Positions 11,101 through 29,912 of a DNA stretch of 64,000 nucleotides are shown here, one piece after another. The stretch is from Camelus ferus (Eukaryota). The stretch's first letter is position 1, and each line of letters begins with the position of its first letter. Made by a program: the position numbers and the translations under genes. The notes beneath the pieces were generated by a model. It did no database searches. It was given only the letters and a program-made list of their open reading frames with translations, and was not told the origin of the DNA. The stretch spans positions 37,634,001 to 37,698,000 of the forward strand of contig NC_045711.1 of NCBI RefSeq assembly GCF_009834535.1. The letters are read 5' to 3'.

Positions 11101-13696
11101 AGTTCTGTGCTTTCTCTCCCTTCTCTGAGCAGCACTGATTTGGGAGGAAAAGTTTCAAACCCACCTCAGGAACCCCCTTGAGGAAACTTGGACAGGTTGC
11201 TTCTCATTCATCAGCCTCACCTGTTGCAGAAGGGAATTGATATCTAGGTTGCAAGACTGTTTTGAGGTTATAAAGAACCTGTCACTTGCCCGGCACATGG
11301 TAGGTATTCAATACATTGCAGCAGTGATGCTTTCCTCGGGATGAGGTCTTTCTGGGTCCAGGACACCTCTATGGCATCTGAGTCTGGGCCTCTTGTGTTA
11401 GGCCGTTATCCCCAGTGCCCTTTTGGCTGTTCCTAATCTACTCATTATAATACAGATGGTAGGACTGCTGAGGTGCTGGGTGGGGGAGTTCGGGGTGGGG
11501 TAAGGAGAGGGCAGAATGAGGCAGATGTGGAGGAGGCGAGGGCATCTGGGCTGGGTGGGGTTGGGAGAATGGGCTGGAGGGCCCCAGAGGGCCAACGCTA
11601 GGACTCACTGGAACACAGTCTTATGGGTTTGGGGATCTGGCCGGGCAATGGGGAGACGCTGGCTGTGCAATGGGGAGACGCTGGCATCAGGGAGAGGTGG
11701 GAGGGGCTGGCAGCTGCTGGGGATGGGGGAGCTGAGTATGGGATGCTGGAAAGGGAGGGCCTGGCCTAATGGCGGGATGGAGGTGAGTGCCTAGAGAGGG
11801 GCAGCCTCCTGCTCCAAGGGGCCACCCCTGACTCACACCCTCAATTCAGATGCCACTCTCAGATGCACACTGGGACACACATATCAACACACTTCTTAAA
11901 CTGCACCAGCTTTCCTGGTCTTCTCACCCTGCTCTATTTTCCCATCTCACTTATCTATCATAGCAAGATAACTTATTTATAACATTGTTTATTGCCTGTC
12001 TCCTCACTGGAATACAAGCTTCAGGAAGGCAGGGTGCTTGGGTAGGTGCTCAAATAGATAACGTGCTGAGAGAGTGAAGGAACCTTTGGAATCACAGTCA
12101 CGAATGCGCGCATCCTCCCGGACGCATGTGCAAACACACTCAGTCGCCCACGATGCTGCCACGGACATTCTCAGACGCGTGCCCGCAGGCACACGCTCAC
12201 ACCCAGACCCGCACATTGCCACAAGACACAGGCTCACAGCCCTCCTCCCGCACACAGGCGCTTTCGGACTCACACCCAGCCGTCCAGATTCCAAAGCTCC
12301 TACTCACGCAGGCACGCTCTAGCACGTCCCCGCTCCCAGCCCCTCCATGGGCCCGCCCCTCCCAGAAACAGGGGCGGGGCTTGGGGGAAGCTGAGGACAC
12401 AGCAGCGTGAGTGCTGGAGTCGGGCAGTCCCGCCCGGCACCTGAGACCTCTGTGGAGACGCCACCACTGCAGACCCACCTATGGGAGGGAGGGAAGAGTG
12501 AGATCACCCATGCCCCCAGCCTTGACCCGCCCGTGCTCCAGACTCAGACTGTGGCTTTCCTTCACCAGAGGCCCGGAAAGGGCATGGGGTGGGGCAGGGA
12601 GTCCTCCTGGGCACAGAGATGGGCAGGACCCAGACCAGGTTACCTAGCACATCTGGGCAGGAGTGTGGACGGTGAGAACTGGGCTTCAACTTCAGCTCCA
12701 CCTGCTGGTTGGAGAAGGTTCCTCTACCACCCTATCCCTGGAAGACCAGAAAAGTGGGCAGTGGGGCAGAACTGTCACCTAGCTGGCCTTGGCCAAAGGT
12801 CCCTCCCTAGAGAGACTCCTTTTGCCCCCACCTGCCCACTTTGGAACATGGCTGGGGGACTTGGTGGTAGCCACCTGGCATCACCCTCACCCCACCTCCA
12901 GACTCTCTGCTCCCTAGAAGCAGTGCAAGATTGGGCAAGACAGTCTGGCATTCCCACTGCCACTATGAAGTCTCCTGGGGCTCTTCTGGGTCCTGAGAGG
13001 GCCTGGTTCCCTACTGTGGAATGAATGGGAGAATGGGCAGAGAGGGCAGGGCAGGGCATGCTCACTCTGACTAGAAGGAACCTGGGTCAGTAAATGCTTG
13101 GAAAGTAAAAACTGGAAGTAAATGTTCTCGGACCCCTCCCCACAGTCCCTGAGGGAAGAGATGCTGAACTAGGGAAATAACAGGGCATCCCGTCTTAGAA
13201 ATCTGAAACCACCATCTTCCCAGGAATCGGGCAGAACTGCATCCTCATGCCCCCTGGCGGTGGGCTGCAATTTCAGGTTGCTGCTCCTCAGTTCACAAAC
13301 ACCCAGGGTTTAAAGGCCAAATTGTGGCCCCTCTCTCGCCTGTGCATTTATTGAGAGGAGATGGGTGCAGAGGCAGGGAGGGAAGGACCTGCACCCTGAG
13401 CACGCCACCCAGGAGATACCAGGCCCCAGTGCTGATTCTCCAAATAAATGTTTATTGAGCACCCACTGCCAGTGTGCCAGGAACTGCTAGACTCCTGGCC
13501 CAGTGCTCTTCTGATGCCAACTGCCCCTCTGCCGTCTCTCCAATTCAGGCTGAGACCCCAACTAGGAAGAGCTGGACTCTTCTCCTTCAAGAGACTGTCT
13601 AGGTTGGGGGGCATGGGGAGGAGGGCAGGCTGTCAGCATCTGCAGCACCATCATCCTGTGGTCCAGAGACCCATAAACAGGTAGGAGGGGTCTGGG

Positions 13697-14215
13697 TGTT
13701 ACCCAGGCCAAACTCGTTCTGCTCGCCGCATGACAGGCCAATAAATTGAGAGACGAGGTGTTGGGGAAAGGAATAGCGACTTTATTCGGAAAGCTGGCAG
13801 ACTGAGAGGATGGCAGACTGTCATGGAGAACCACCCTGCTCCAGTCAGAATGCAGGCTCCTTTTACACAAAAAAATAGGGGAGGGGGTGTGGTTGGTTGT
13901 TGCAAACTTCTTGCTGCAGGGATTCTTTGTTCTTGCAGCTGTCCGTGTGGGTCAGGCCACGGTGTCCCTGTAAACCTCCAACAAAACAAAGGTTATTCTC
14001 TATTTTGCAACTTGCCATCTCTATGTAGGTGCAGAAGTGCTAGCATCTTTAAAGGTCAGAGCCCTGAGAATAGGCTCTCCTGTATATTTCAGGCTAAAGG
14101 CAACATTGTTTTACAAAACGTGCAGAGCTAGCGAGACAAAGCCTAGAAAGCAGGGCACAATGGTTAAAACTAAAGGAACAGATCGAATATGGAGTCAGAG
14201 CTGTCCTCCATTACA
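13697..14215 (-). mobile_element. Solo ERV1-type LTR (MER31/MER67-like), copy 1, within P3H4 3' region
   Basis: TG...CA termini, 4-bp TSD TGGG, internal AATAAA on the minus strand (13781-13786); homologous to 35986-36509 and 49085-49595. Confidence 0.85.
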
Positions 14216-14374
14216 TGGGAAGCACTGCTCCCAGGTGGGACAGGATGGGGCCTGGTCAGCTATGTCCATTTTACATGTTTAATAAATAGTTCTTGTTGCT
14301 GTCCAGGCTGGTGAGGGTGGTGTCACTGGGCCAGGCTTCCCAAGTTCTTGAGGGGTGCAGGGGGGGCCCTCTTC

Positions 14375-17300
14375 TCATGCTAGTTCAGGCTCTGGCTCTG
14401 AAAATGAAAGGAGAGCACATTGGGATTAGCCCCCCACCCCATTCCCAACAGGTGTCTGGGTGCTGTCCTCAGGGGAGGTGGGGCAGGGAGCAGTGAGGCT
14501 CCCCAAAAACAGGTCTTAGTTGGTCCCTGCTCTAGGAAAGATGCCACCGCCCTCCACCAAGGGGGAAGGGGGTTGCTAACAGGCTAGAAGTCCCTGGAGG
14601 AGATGTGCCAACACCCATTACACCTACTTCACAGCCTCTCCAGCCTGGGGCATGGATCCTGCTGTCTCCAAACTCCATCCCAGGCTGCATCCCCACCCCT
14701 CCACCAGGATCAAGTCACTGACCGGCCTCAGCCTCATCACCCTTGGCATCCGGCTCCTGCCACCAGTCAGCATAGATGCTCTCCTCATAGTCACCCTCCC
14801 CCTCAAACTCGGCATCAGATGGAGGCTCCTCAGGCTCCACGGGCGGTTCTGTCTCCTCCAGCTCCATCTAGGAGAAACCAGGTCACAGCAGGCACAAACC
14901 CAGGTGGGCCCCCTTCCTGGCCAAGGGGCCCTCCCATCCCATCACAGTCCCAAAGTCCCTCCTTCCCAGCCTCAAGATCTCACACATGAATAATTTGAGG
15001 GTTTCTCCCAAAGTCCTGTTCCCAAACTGCCCCCTCCCTGAACTGATGTGTGAATCGCTCCACTGGCACAGATTCGGTGTTATTGGAAGCACTGCCCTCT
15101 CCACAGCCCACCTTTTCAGCATAAATACCCAGGGAATACTGCTAGTCCTTGAATATTGTCTGCTCATGGTGTTTACCAGCCAGGAACACCTTGGTTAGCT
15201 TATCCCTCCAATGCCAGGCATCAGCTCCAGGATGCAGTCCTTGCTGATGACCCTGGCTGGGTCTAGAGGCCTCCTCCAGTGCCCTGTGATGGCCTCTCCC
15301 ATTGCACAGTGATTCATGCATCAGTGAGCTGCTGGGGCAAGGCACTGTGCCTTTCGTGAATTTACCCTTGGCCCAAGCATGGTGTCTGGCAAACAGCAGG
15401 CAACAAGTAACAGTTATTTGAGCACCTACTGTGTGCCAGCTCTATACTAAGTGCTTTATGTGCTGGATCTCATTTGAGTCTCAGCACAACAGTGTGAGAT
15501 GGGCATTATTCTCCCCATTCAACGGATGAAGAAATGGAAGTTCGAGGGTTACCTAAGACTTGCCTGGAGGTTGCCTAGCTGGGAAGTGGTAGAGCCAAGA
15601 CTGGCTAGCACCAAAGCCTGGCTGCTCCCAGCACAGAACCGGCCCCTGTGTTTGATAAGGGGGGCATGGGTGCATGAACAAAGGACAGAATGGATAAATA
15701 CGCTCTGGGCAGCAACACCTCAGAGAATTCAGGTTCTCAAGCCCTCATTCAGGATCAACATAATAACACACTGTGGTCCTTCCTTCTTGGCGTCCTGCAT
15801 TCATTCATTCATTCATTCATCCACTCACTGGTTCATTCAAACTCACTTTCTGAGCCCCAGCTCTGTGCCAGGTGCTGTGGGAGAGCTGGGAATACCCTGG
15901 TCCCCTGTCCTGGAGAACAGTCCTCTAGGAGACTGGGCAGAGAAAGGGGTGGGTGGGATGGATGAGGACTGCAAGTAACTCCAGTGCAGGGAGGCACTGC
16001 AAGCCCAGAAGACAGAGTCAGGACAGGCAGCAAGGGCTTCCCGGAGGAGGTGCCAACATGAGCTGGGTCCAGGAGAAGCAAGATTTAGACATGGACAGAA
16101 GGGGGGACATGAGAACATGGAGCAGGGAGAGAAGGGCAGGTGTAAGTAAGGAACAGGTGAAATCTCTCTGCTTCACAACAGCTGATTGCCAGGAGCTGGG
16201 GCTGAGCTTTGGCACAGTAGCCCCGGGAAGAGGACCAAGGGGTCTCTATCACTATCCAGCCCCATAGGGCAGGGGGCCACTTACCTCATCATCTGCCTGC
16301 AGGTACATGTGTGCAAAGTCCAGCAGCTCCCGCAGCTCAGCTGTCTGGTTGTGGTAGAGCATGGCCTCCTGGGCGGAGGGAAAGAAAGTGAGGTGAGCTG
16401 GGCCTTGCTGCTAGATGGTGGAGGAGATAGAGCTCCTAGGATCTGGGTCCTCTGGCCTTTTTCCAGTTCAGGGATCTGGAAACAGGTATCAGTTTCCATG
16501 CTGATCAAAAAACCATAGCTGCTTAAGGTGCTTAAGGTTAAGAAGGATTCCGAAGGCTCAGCGGAAAAGAATGCCTCGATCAATTAGCACCGTCTGCAAC
16601 TGACAAGGAAATCGGAAGTGGCACCATGTGTACCATATTTGCCAGTCTTGCCCTGGACTCCCAAGGAGTTTCCTCAGTTGGTCCAGGTGAGGAGGTCCCT
16701 GGGGAAGAAGGGCAAAGGCCAGTGAAGATACGAGGGTGGGGAGGGGAGCAGGCAGGAACAGACAGGTTATTTTTTACCTCCCACCTCCCAGGCACTGTGC
16801 TGGTCAGGTAGGCAGTACCACCCCCATTTTGCAGGTGAGGCAACAGACTCAGAAAGGTCTGCGGTGTTCCCAGGACCACAAAGCTCGTGGGGCTGGGTTT
16901 GAACCCAGGACTCCAACCACAAACCATATTCTTTCTTTTCATCTCCCATCCTGCCTTTGGAGGAAGCTAGGTTATTTTATCAAATCACATGTCCCGATGC
17001 CCACCTCCCTGGGCTGGAAGTCCTCCTCCTCCAGGCCCCAGCGAGCCCTGTGGAAGCGGTAATACACCAGGTTCTGCTGCATGACACTGTCTCCAGGGTC
17101 GAAGAGCATGTAGCTGGCGGCACTGCGGGCGGCCTGGCGCACGTCGTTCACTGCAGGCAGGACAGGAGGGAGGAGTGGCCCTGGCACTTCCCCACCTTCA
17201 GGGGTAACCCTCACCTAACCCACCCCTACCTCCCAACTTAGTCCAGTGCCCCTGGCACCCCAGCCACCTCCCAGAATCTGTTGAGCTTCTCACCCCATCC

Positions 17301-20002
17301 AATAATAATGCAAGCTAGAATGTATTGGGCACTTCTCCTATGCCCTGTGTAGCTCATTTAAGTTTCACTGTTATTGTTATCCCCATTTTACAGACAAGAA
17401 ATCTGAGGCACAGAGAGATTAGGTCAACTGCTCCAGCTTACACAGCTGGAGGATGAGGGCACCGGGAAATCAGAGGCTGGTGGTCCAGCCCTCAACCTCT
17501 TAGCCAACTGGACCCAAAAAGGGTCTCCTGGCCTCTTGGTCTTCAGCTCCTCCACTCCAACTCCAGCTTCTGTCTGAATCTGGGCATCTCTGCATTGCAG
17601 AGACCCTGGAAATTGTCCATCTGAGCCCCAGCTGATGCCAGAATCTCCCTCAAGTGAGGAGAAACTTGAGTTCTGGTGTTACTTTTTATTGGCCATGTGA
17701 CTAATGGCCCCTTGCCCTCTATGAGCCTCAGTTTCCTCACCTGAAAAATGGGCCCAGTAATGTCAGCTATTGGCAGTTTGTGAGAGGATCAAGTGAGGTA
17801 AACAGATGTCGCAGGGCTGTCAAGCACTATGCAATTGTTGGCTATTTAGTCACTTACCCAAGAAGCCCTGGAATTCTTCCCTGGGGCTTCTCTCTGTTCC
17901 CTCCCCGCAGCCTTTCACTTGCCCCCCCCCCACCTCTAGACTTCCCTTCCATCACCCTGGGTCCTCAGTTCTGAGGGACAATGCCCCATGACTCTGCATG
18001 ACTCCCCACACAGTGCTTTCCCTCACCCCAAGCCGCCAGGAGGCTCACATTTGTAGTAGGCAAACTGGAGGTAGTGATACATGGTGGCCACGAACTTTTC
18101 CACAAAGTAGCCGCCCACATTGGGGGTCAAGTTGGCCTCACAGTCCACCTTGCACTGCAGGGATTCTGCAAAGAGATCTGGTGGGGTTGGGTAGCAGCAG
18201 TGAGGAGCTGGTGTGCTGACCAGCTCCATCCACATCCAATGATAAGGATGACAGAGATGACTTCCAATCCCAGCTCTGCCTCCTGATTGCATGAGATGAT
18301 GTGTGTAAAGTTACAAGTGATGCTGAGGAAGACTGCTTTGGGCTAGGCTGACTCACCACCCCCACAGCTCACCTGCCACCCCCAAGCCAGAGGGAGCCAG
18401 GGCATTCTGGGGGAATGGCAGGTGAGGTTTGGAAGTAGGACTGAAGCCCAGTGAGAGAACCTCAGGACAGTCCTTTCTGCCCTTGCCGAGGGACTCTGTC
18501 TTTCAGAATCCCCAGGTGTGATTTCTGGCCACAAACTGCTTTCTGCACACACCTGCTGGGCTATTTCCCACCTCAGCACCTTGGCACCTGCATTGCCCTC
18601 TGCCTAGAAGGCCTGTGACCCCAACCTCCCCAGACCCTTTTGGGATATCACATCCTCTCTGCACCGATGCCCAGCACTTTGGACACTCCCCACTGTAGCC
18701 CTCTGCGCCCAGTGGCAAGTGACCTGTTAGCCTCTAAAGGCTCTGCTGGCCGGCTACGATAACATCTTTTTCCGATCCACCTTCCAAGCACTTAGTAGGG
18801 GCTCCATAAATGTGTATGGAATGAAAATTTGTGTTAAGGGAACTTAGGAATTCTGGGAAGCAGGGCCTGTGGGTGAGAGGGATGCCCACAGGAGTCTGGG
18901 TGAGGGGATACCTGCTATGGCTGGATAGAAGTCCTTGAAGTCCACTTGCTCATGGGCCCCCTCACAGCCAGCCAGACACCGGGCAAAGATGGCCAGGTAC
19001 TCGGCCAGGGCCCGCTCCATGTCCTCCGTGCTGCTGCGGAAATCCCCGCTGTTGTAGAGCTTCACAGCCCGCAGGAAGACGGCCTGGGGGAGGGAACGAT
19101 GTGGCAGGGGGTCAGAGGTACCCCAACACCTCCCCTCCTCTACAGGCCTGATGGCGGGGTGGGGGTGGGGGTGGGGGCGGTACTCAGGAAGGAGTGTCAG
19201 GGCCGGTCCTACACTGGCACCCCACCTCGTAGGGCTGGGCCTCTAAGTCCGTGAGGGGCTCCTCCGCGGCGTCCAGCAGCCCCCGGTAGTAGTTGAGATA
19301 CTTGGTGGTGAGCTCATGCTTCGGGTTTCTCTGGAGGAAGGTGTAGGCTGCGGCCACCGCCTTCTCCAGCCGGTTAGCCTGCAGGGTGGGAACAGAGCCA
19401 GTCAGCAGGACCAGAGCCCGCGGCCCCGAGCGCGCGGGAGGGCTGGGCGGTCGGGGTGCTGGGTGAGAGCCGCGCTCCTCCCGACCCGAGCGGGCGGCTG
19501 GCGCCGGCTGGGCGCTCACCTTGAACTGTGCGTAGTGCAGGTACTGGTAGGGCAGGCGGCTCTGGAAGTCGCGCAGCAGCTGGCGCGGCGGGTAGGGCAC
19601 CTGGAAGGCGGGCAGAGAACGCTTGCAGCGCCGCAGGCAGGCGGCGCGCTCCAGGACGTGGCCGAAGAGCCGCAGCTCCTGGGCCCACTCATCGCCGCCG
19701 CCGCCGTCGGGGCCAGGGGGCGCGGGCCCCGGGGGCGCGGCAGCGGACGGCGCGGAGCCGCTGCAGTTGGCGTGGCAGAAGGCCTCGCTGTCCCGCAGCA
19801 GCCGGTGCAGCCGGAGCGCCGCCTCGAGGTAGCGAGCGCTCTCGCGCCAGCTCTCGCCCTCATACTGCTCCAGCGCGTGCCCGTAGGCCGCGGCCAGGGG
19901 CATCAGGTCCTCGGGCGGGAAGCCCCGGAAGCTGTACTTCTCGTACTGCGCCCCGGCGCTGCCCAGCAGCAGCCACAGCAGCCCCCACGCAGCCCGAGCC
20001 AT
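14375..20002 (-). CDS. P3H4: Prolyl 3-hydroxylase family member 4 (SC65/LEPREL4), intact, 8 coding exons, 444 aa
   Basis: Exons 20002-19520, 19378-19226, 19083-18912, 18177-18049, 17150-17005, 16368-16285, 14867-14723, 14397-14375 total 1335 nt. All introns are GT-AG and phases are consistent. Protein runs [28 protein letters not shown]...[22 protein letters not shown], nearly identical to human P3H4 as recalled. Confidence 0.97.
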
Positions 20003-21144
20003 GCCCCCTCCACTGCCCCCTCCGCGCCAGCTGGCTCTCCCCGCCCAGCTGGCGTCCCCGCCGGGCGGGCCGACTCAGGGACCGGGGCCCCGCTGGCGCG
20101 CCCGCTGGGTCTTAGCGCCGGGCACTGGGGTCAGCAACAAGGGGTGGTGGCTTGGGTCAGGGTCCCCGAGGGGCTGAGAGCTGCGTCTCCTTTCTTTTCA
20201 GAAAGCCCAACGGTGACCTCGTGCCCTTGCGGGTCTTCCTCTTGGCAGATGGTGAGTGGGTGCGGGAAGGCTTGCCGCCGGGATGGGGAGCCCAGAAAGC
20301 CCCTCCCACACAAAGACAACACCCCCCCACCTTAAGACCAAGGAACTGAGGGAAGTCCCACCTCCCTCTACTTTGCCCAAGCCCCGGAACCTGGTCTTCC
20401 TTCCACCACAGCGGTCTTTCTGCGCACGGTCCACCCTCAGCCCTGAAGAGGTCACTCCAAGTGTACCCCAGCCCGCGACAAGGAGGCACACTCCTGGTTT
20501 TACCCTGCACACCCTCCGCTCCCGCCACTTCCCACTCAGTCTTCATCCCCACGTCAGAAAGTCCTCTGGCAGTCCACTTTTGCAGGACAAAGCAACTTGT
20601 CCCTGGAGAGGCCGTTCCTGGGACAGAAGGGGTGGGAGGGAGCACTGAGTTACCCCTCTGATTCTGGAGCTTCACCAGCCACCTGGAGAGGCTTAGATCT
20701 GGGATGGCCAGCCAAAGAAGAGATGCGTCGGTTCGGCTTTAGGACCCAGGAGCTCCAGGAAAAAAAAAAAAAAAAGACCGAATTTTTTCCCCCTAAAGTC
20801 AGCTCCGACTTCTCAACTTTCCTGAACTTCCCTCCCTCTCCAGGCCCCAGGTCTCTCAGGCCCCCTGGGGTAAGGGTGAGGGTAAACCTGGAGTTCTTTG
20901 TGATTCTTTCCTCCGACTCTATCACTATCAGCCTGGCCTCGTCCCGCTATTCCACTCCGCCTCCCCTGCCCCGCCAGCTCAGTCTCCCCAGCCCCCATTC
21001 CACGTGGACCAGCCAGTGCAGGGGTGGGGATGGAGGACAGGAAGAGGGGGAGTCAGCTCTGGGAGGAGGAGAGGGGAAAGGAGTCTGGCGGCAGCGACTC
21101 TCTCGCTTCGCCCTCACCGCAGGCCTTCCCAAGCTCCAGGCAGC

Positions 21145-27736
<6,592 letters not shown>

Positions 27737-28389
27737 AGGCCAGAGGCCTGGACCCCAAGGCAAAAGCTCATGTCTGTGGGGACAGTCACCCTCTCCCCTG
27801 CTAGGATGAGATCTGGAAGACTCTGAAAAGTGGCCAGAGGGAACAGCTCTGGTCTTCCCACTGCCCAAGAGTAAAATCACAGCACAGACCTCTATTTGGT
27901 TTTTCTCTTTCAACCCCAAACCCCTTCCTTGAAAGTTTTGGAATTCCAAGGTCAGTCTGGAGTTGGATGGAGTCTGTGGGTTGGCTGGGGTCATCGCCGG
28001 CCCCTCACCCAGACCTTCCCTCCATGGCAGCAGACACTGAGCAGGGCCAAGCTCATTATTTCTTAATTTCCTCAAACTCCCCCTTTACCTGTACTTTCCC
28101 CCACCATCCCCACCCCCCCTCCAGCCCCCAGTCCTCTGTCCTCAGCTCCCCAGGAGCATGCTTTCCTCCCTTGGCTCTGGCTGGTTCCTAAGGAAGGGGG
28201 TGGTTTCAGGAGGGCAGCCCTACCTCACCTGTCCTGGTCCCTTCACCTGTCACATTCCTCCTCCACCTGTCCTTTCCCCCCTACAAAGAGAAGAGGGGGT
28301 CATTGAGGGCTGAGGGTGAGAGGGGGTGGGTAGAGCTCTGCACCCCCAAAAGATTAAACTGGCATCAGACCCCTTTCTCCTTTGTGCCA

Positions 28390-28395
28390 AATAAA
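28390..28395 (+). terminator. FKBP10 polyadenylation signal
   Basis: AATAAA about 650 nt after the HEEL stop codon. Confidence 0.6.
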
Positions 28396-28852
28396 AGACT
28401 AAAGTAAAGCCTCTGGGACATGGTCTTTCTGTGTGGATTGGCCCTTAGACCCAAACATCAGGAAGAAGGGGAACCAAGCAGGCTGTCTCCATGGCCGGTC
28501 AGCTCCCGACCCTGTGTCCCTGGGTCTCAGCCTCCTGCCTCCCTGAGGCCCCACTGGGGCATCACCATGGAGGGAGGGTGGGGAGGGGGCGTCCACAGAG
28601 GACAGGGCCTGCGGGGGAGGCGCAGAGACATGACCCTGACCTCCTCCTAACTGTCCCAGTCAGTTGGATGAAGGTAGTGAAAGGTACAAACTTCCAGTTA
28701 CAAGACAAGTAAGTACTAAGGATGTAATGTACAGAATGATAAATATAATTAACATTTCTATATATTATACATGAAAGTCACTATGCCAAGAAAATAATCA
28801 TTTCATACGAGAAGGTTGAGCTTCGGGGAGACTCACTACAGTGCTGCTTATA

Positions 28853-29045
28853 GCACACTGGCTAAATTTGGCCACCACGTGTTTTTGCCAATAAAGTTTT
28901 ATTGGAACACAGCCATGCTCATTCATGTATGCACTGTCTGTGGTTGCTTTTGTGCTACAATGGCAGGGTTAAATAGAGACCTTATAATCCATAAAGGCTA
29001 AAATATACTATTTGGTCCTTTACAGAAAAAATTTGCTAACTCCTG
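28853..29045. mobile_element. hAT-Charlie MER58A-like DNA transposon remnant
   Basis: AATAAAGTTTTATTGGAACACAGCCATGCTCATTCAT...CCTTTACAGAAAAAATTTGCTAAC resembles the MER58A consensus as recalled. Confidence 0.65.
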
Positions 29046-29366
29046 ATTTATGAAGATGAAAATTGGAACCAAACTGAGTGTCCAAGGATAAGGGATTGGT
29101 CAAATCACAGTGCATCCTTTCAGCAAAGAGAATGCAAGGCCACTATGGGAAAATGATGCTGTGGTACGAGGGCTGTCCAGCTTACTACACATTGGAACCA
29201 CCTGGGGAGTCTTAAAATTCCCATAGACCAACCCATCCCAAACCATTAAATCTGCCTGGGGGTGGAACCCACACAATAATATTTGTTAAGCTTTCCTGGA
29301 GAGTTCTAACTCAGAGCCGCTGTTGTAGAAGATTATTCAATGACACAGAAATACATCCACTATATA

Positions 29367-29551
29367 CAGTCATCCCTCAGTATCCGCAGAGAATTGGTTC
29401 CAGGACCCGCCACAGATACCAAAATCCCTGGATGCTTAAGTCCCATAGTCACCCTCCATATCTGTGAATATGGAACCTGCCTTATACTGAAAAAAAATCT
29501 TACATACATGGATCTGCACAGTTCAAACCTGTTTTGTTCAAGGGTCAACTG
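29367..29551. mobile_element. Tigger-derived MER2-like MITE
   Basis: TA-flanked; termini CAGTCATCCCTCAGTAT and GTTCAAGGGTCAACTG form imperfect TIRs. Confidence 0.7.
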
Positions 29552-29875
29552 TATTATTAAGTGAAGAAAAGCAGATTATCCACCTCTGACCCAGGGCCAT
29601 GGTGCCCTGTCCCGTTGCTGAGCCCTGAGTAGCACCTTGGGGACTGACCTTTGCCAGCAATGAGGGACTGCTGTTCAGTGTCTGCTGTTTGAGACCTTAA
29701 AATGGAAGAAAAACACTGACAAAAAGCATTAAAAACAAAACCAAAATAAGACTGTATTGGTAAACATCTAAATTTTTGTAAGAAAAGTTAAAAAAATTAA
29801 AAAAGCAACAAACTGTCAAAAAAAAAAGCAATTATCTAACAGAGTGTACTATATGACTCTTTTGGGTAAATGTCT

Positions 29876-29912
29876 ACACACACACACACACACACACGCA
29901 CACACACACACT
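29876..29912. repeat. (CA)n microsatellite
   Basis: Interrupted CA run. Confidence 0.9.

Noticed and set aside
14715-14722. Apparent truncated P3H4 C-terminus (...EAEAGQ*)
   Set aside because: GTCAGT at 14722 is a splice donor; exon 8 at 14397-14375 supplies EPEPELA*, restoring the normal end.
19316-20335. Long plus-strand ORFs (339 aa, 195 aa) over P3H4
   Set aside because: Antisense shadow ORFs of a GC-rich CpG island; no recognisable protein.
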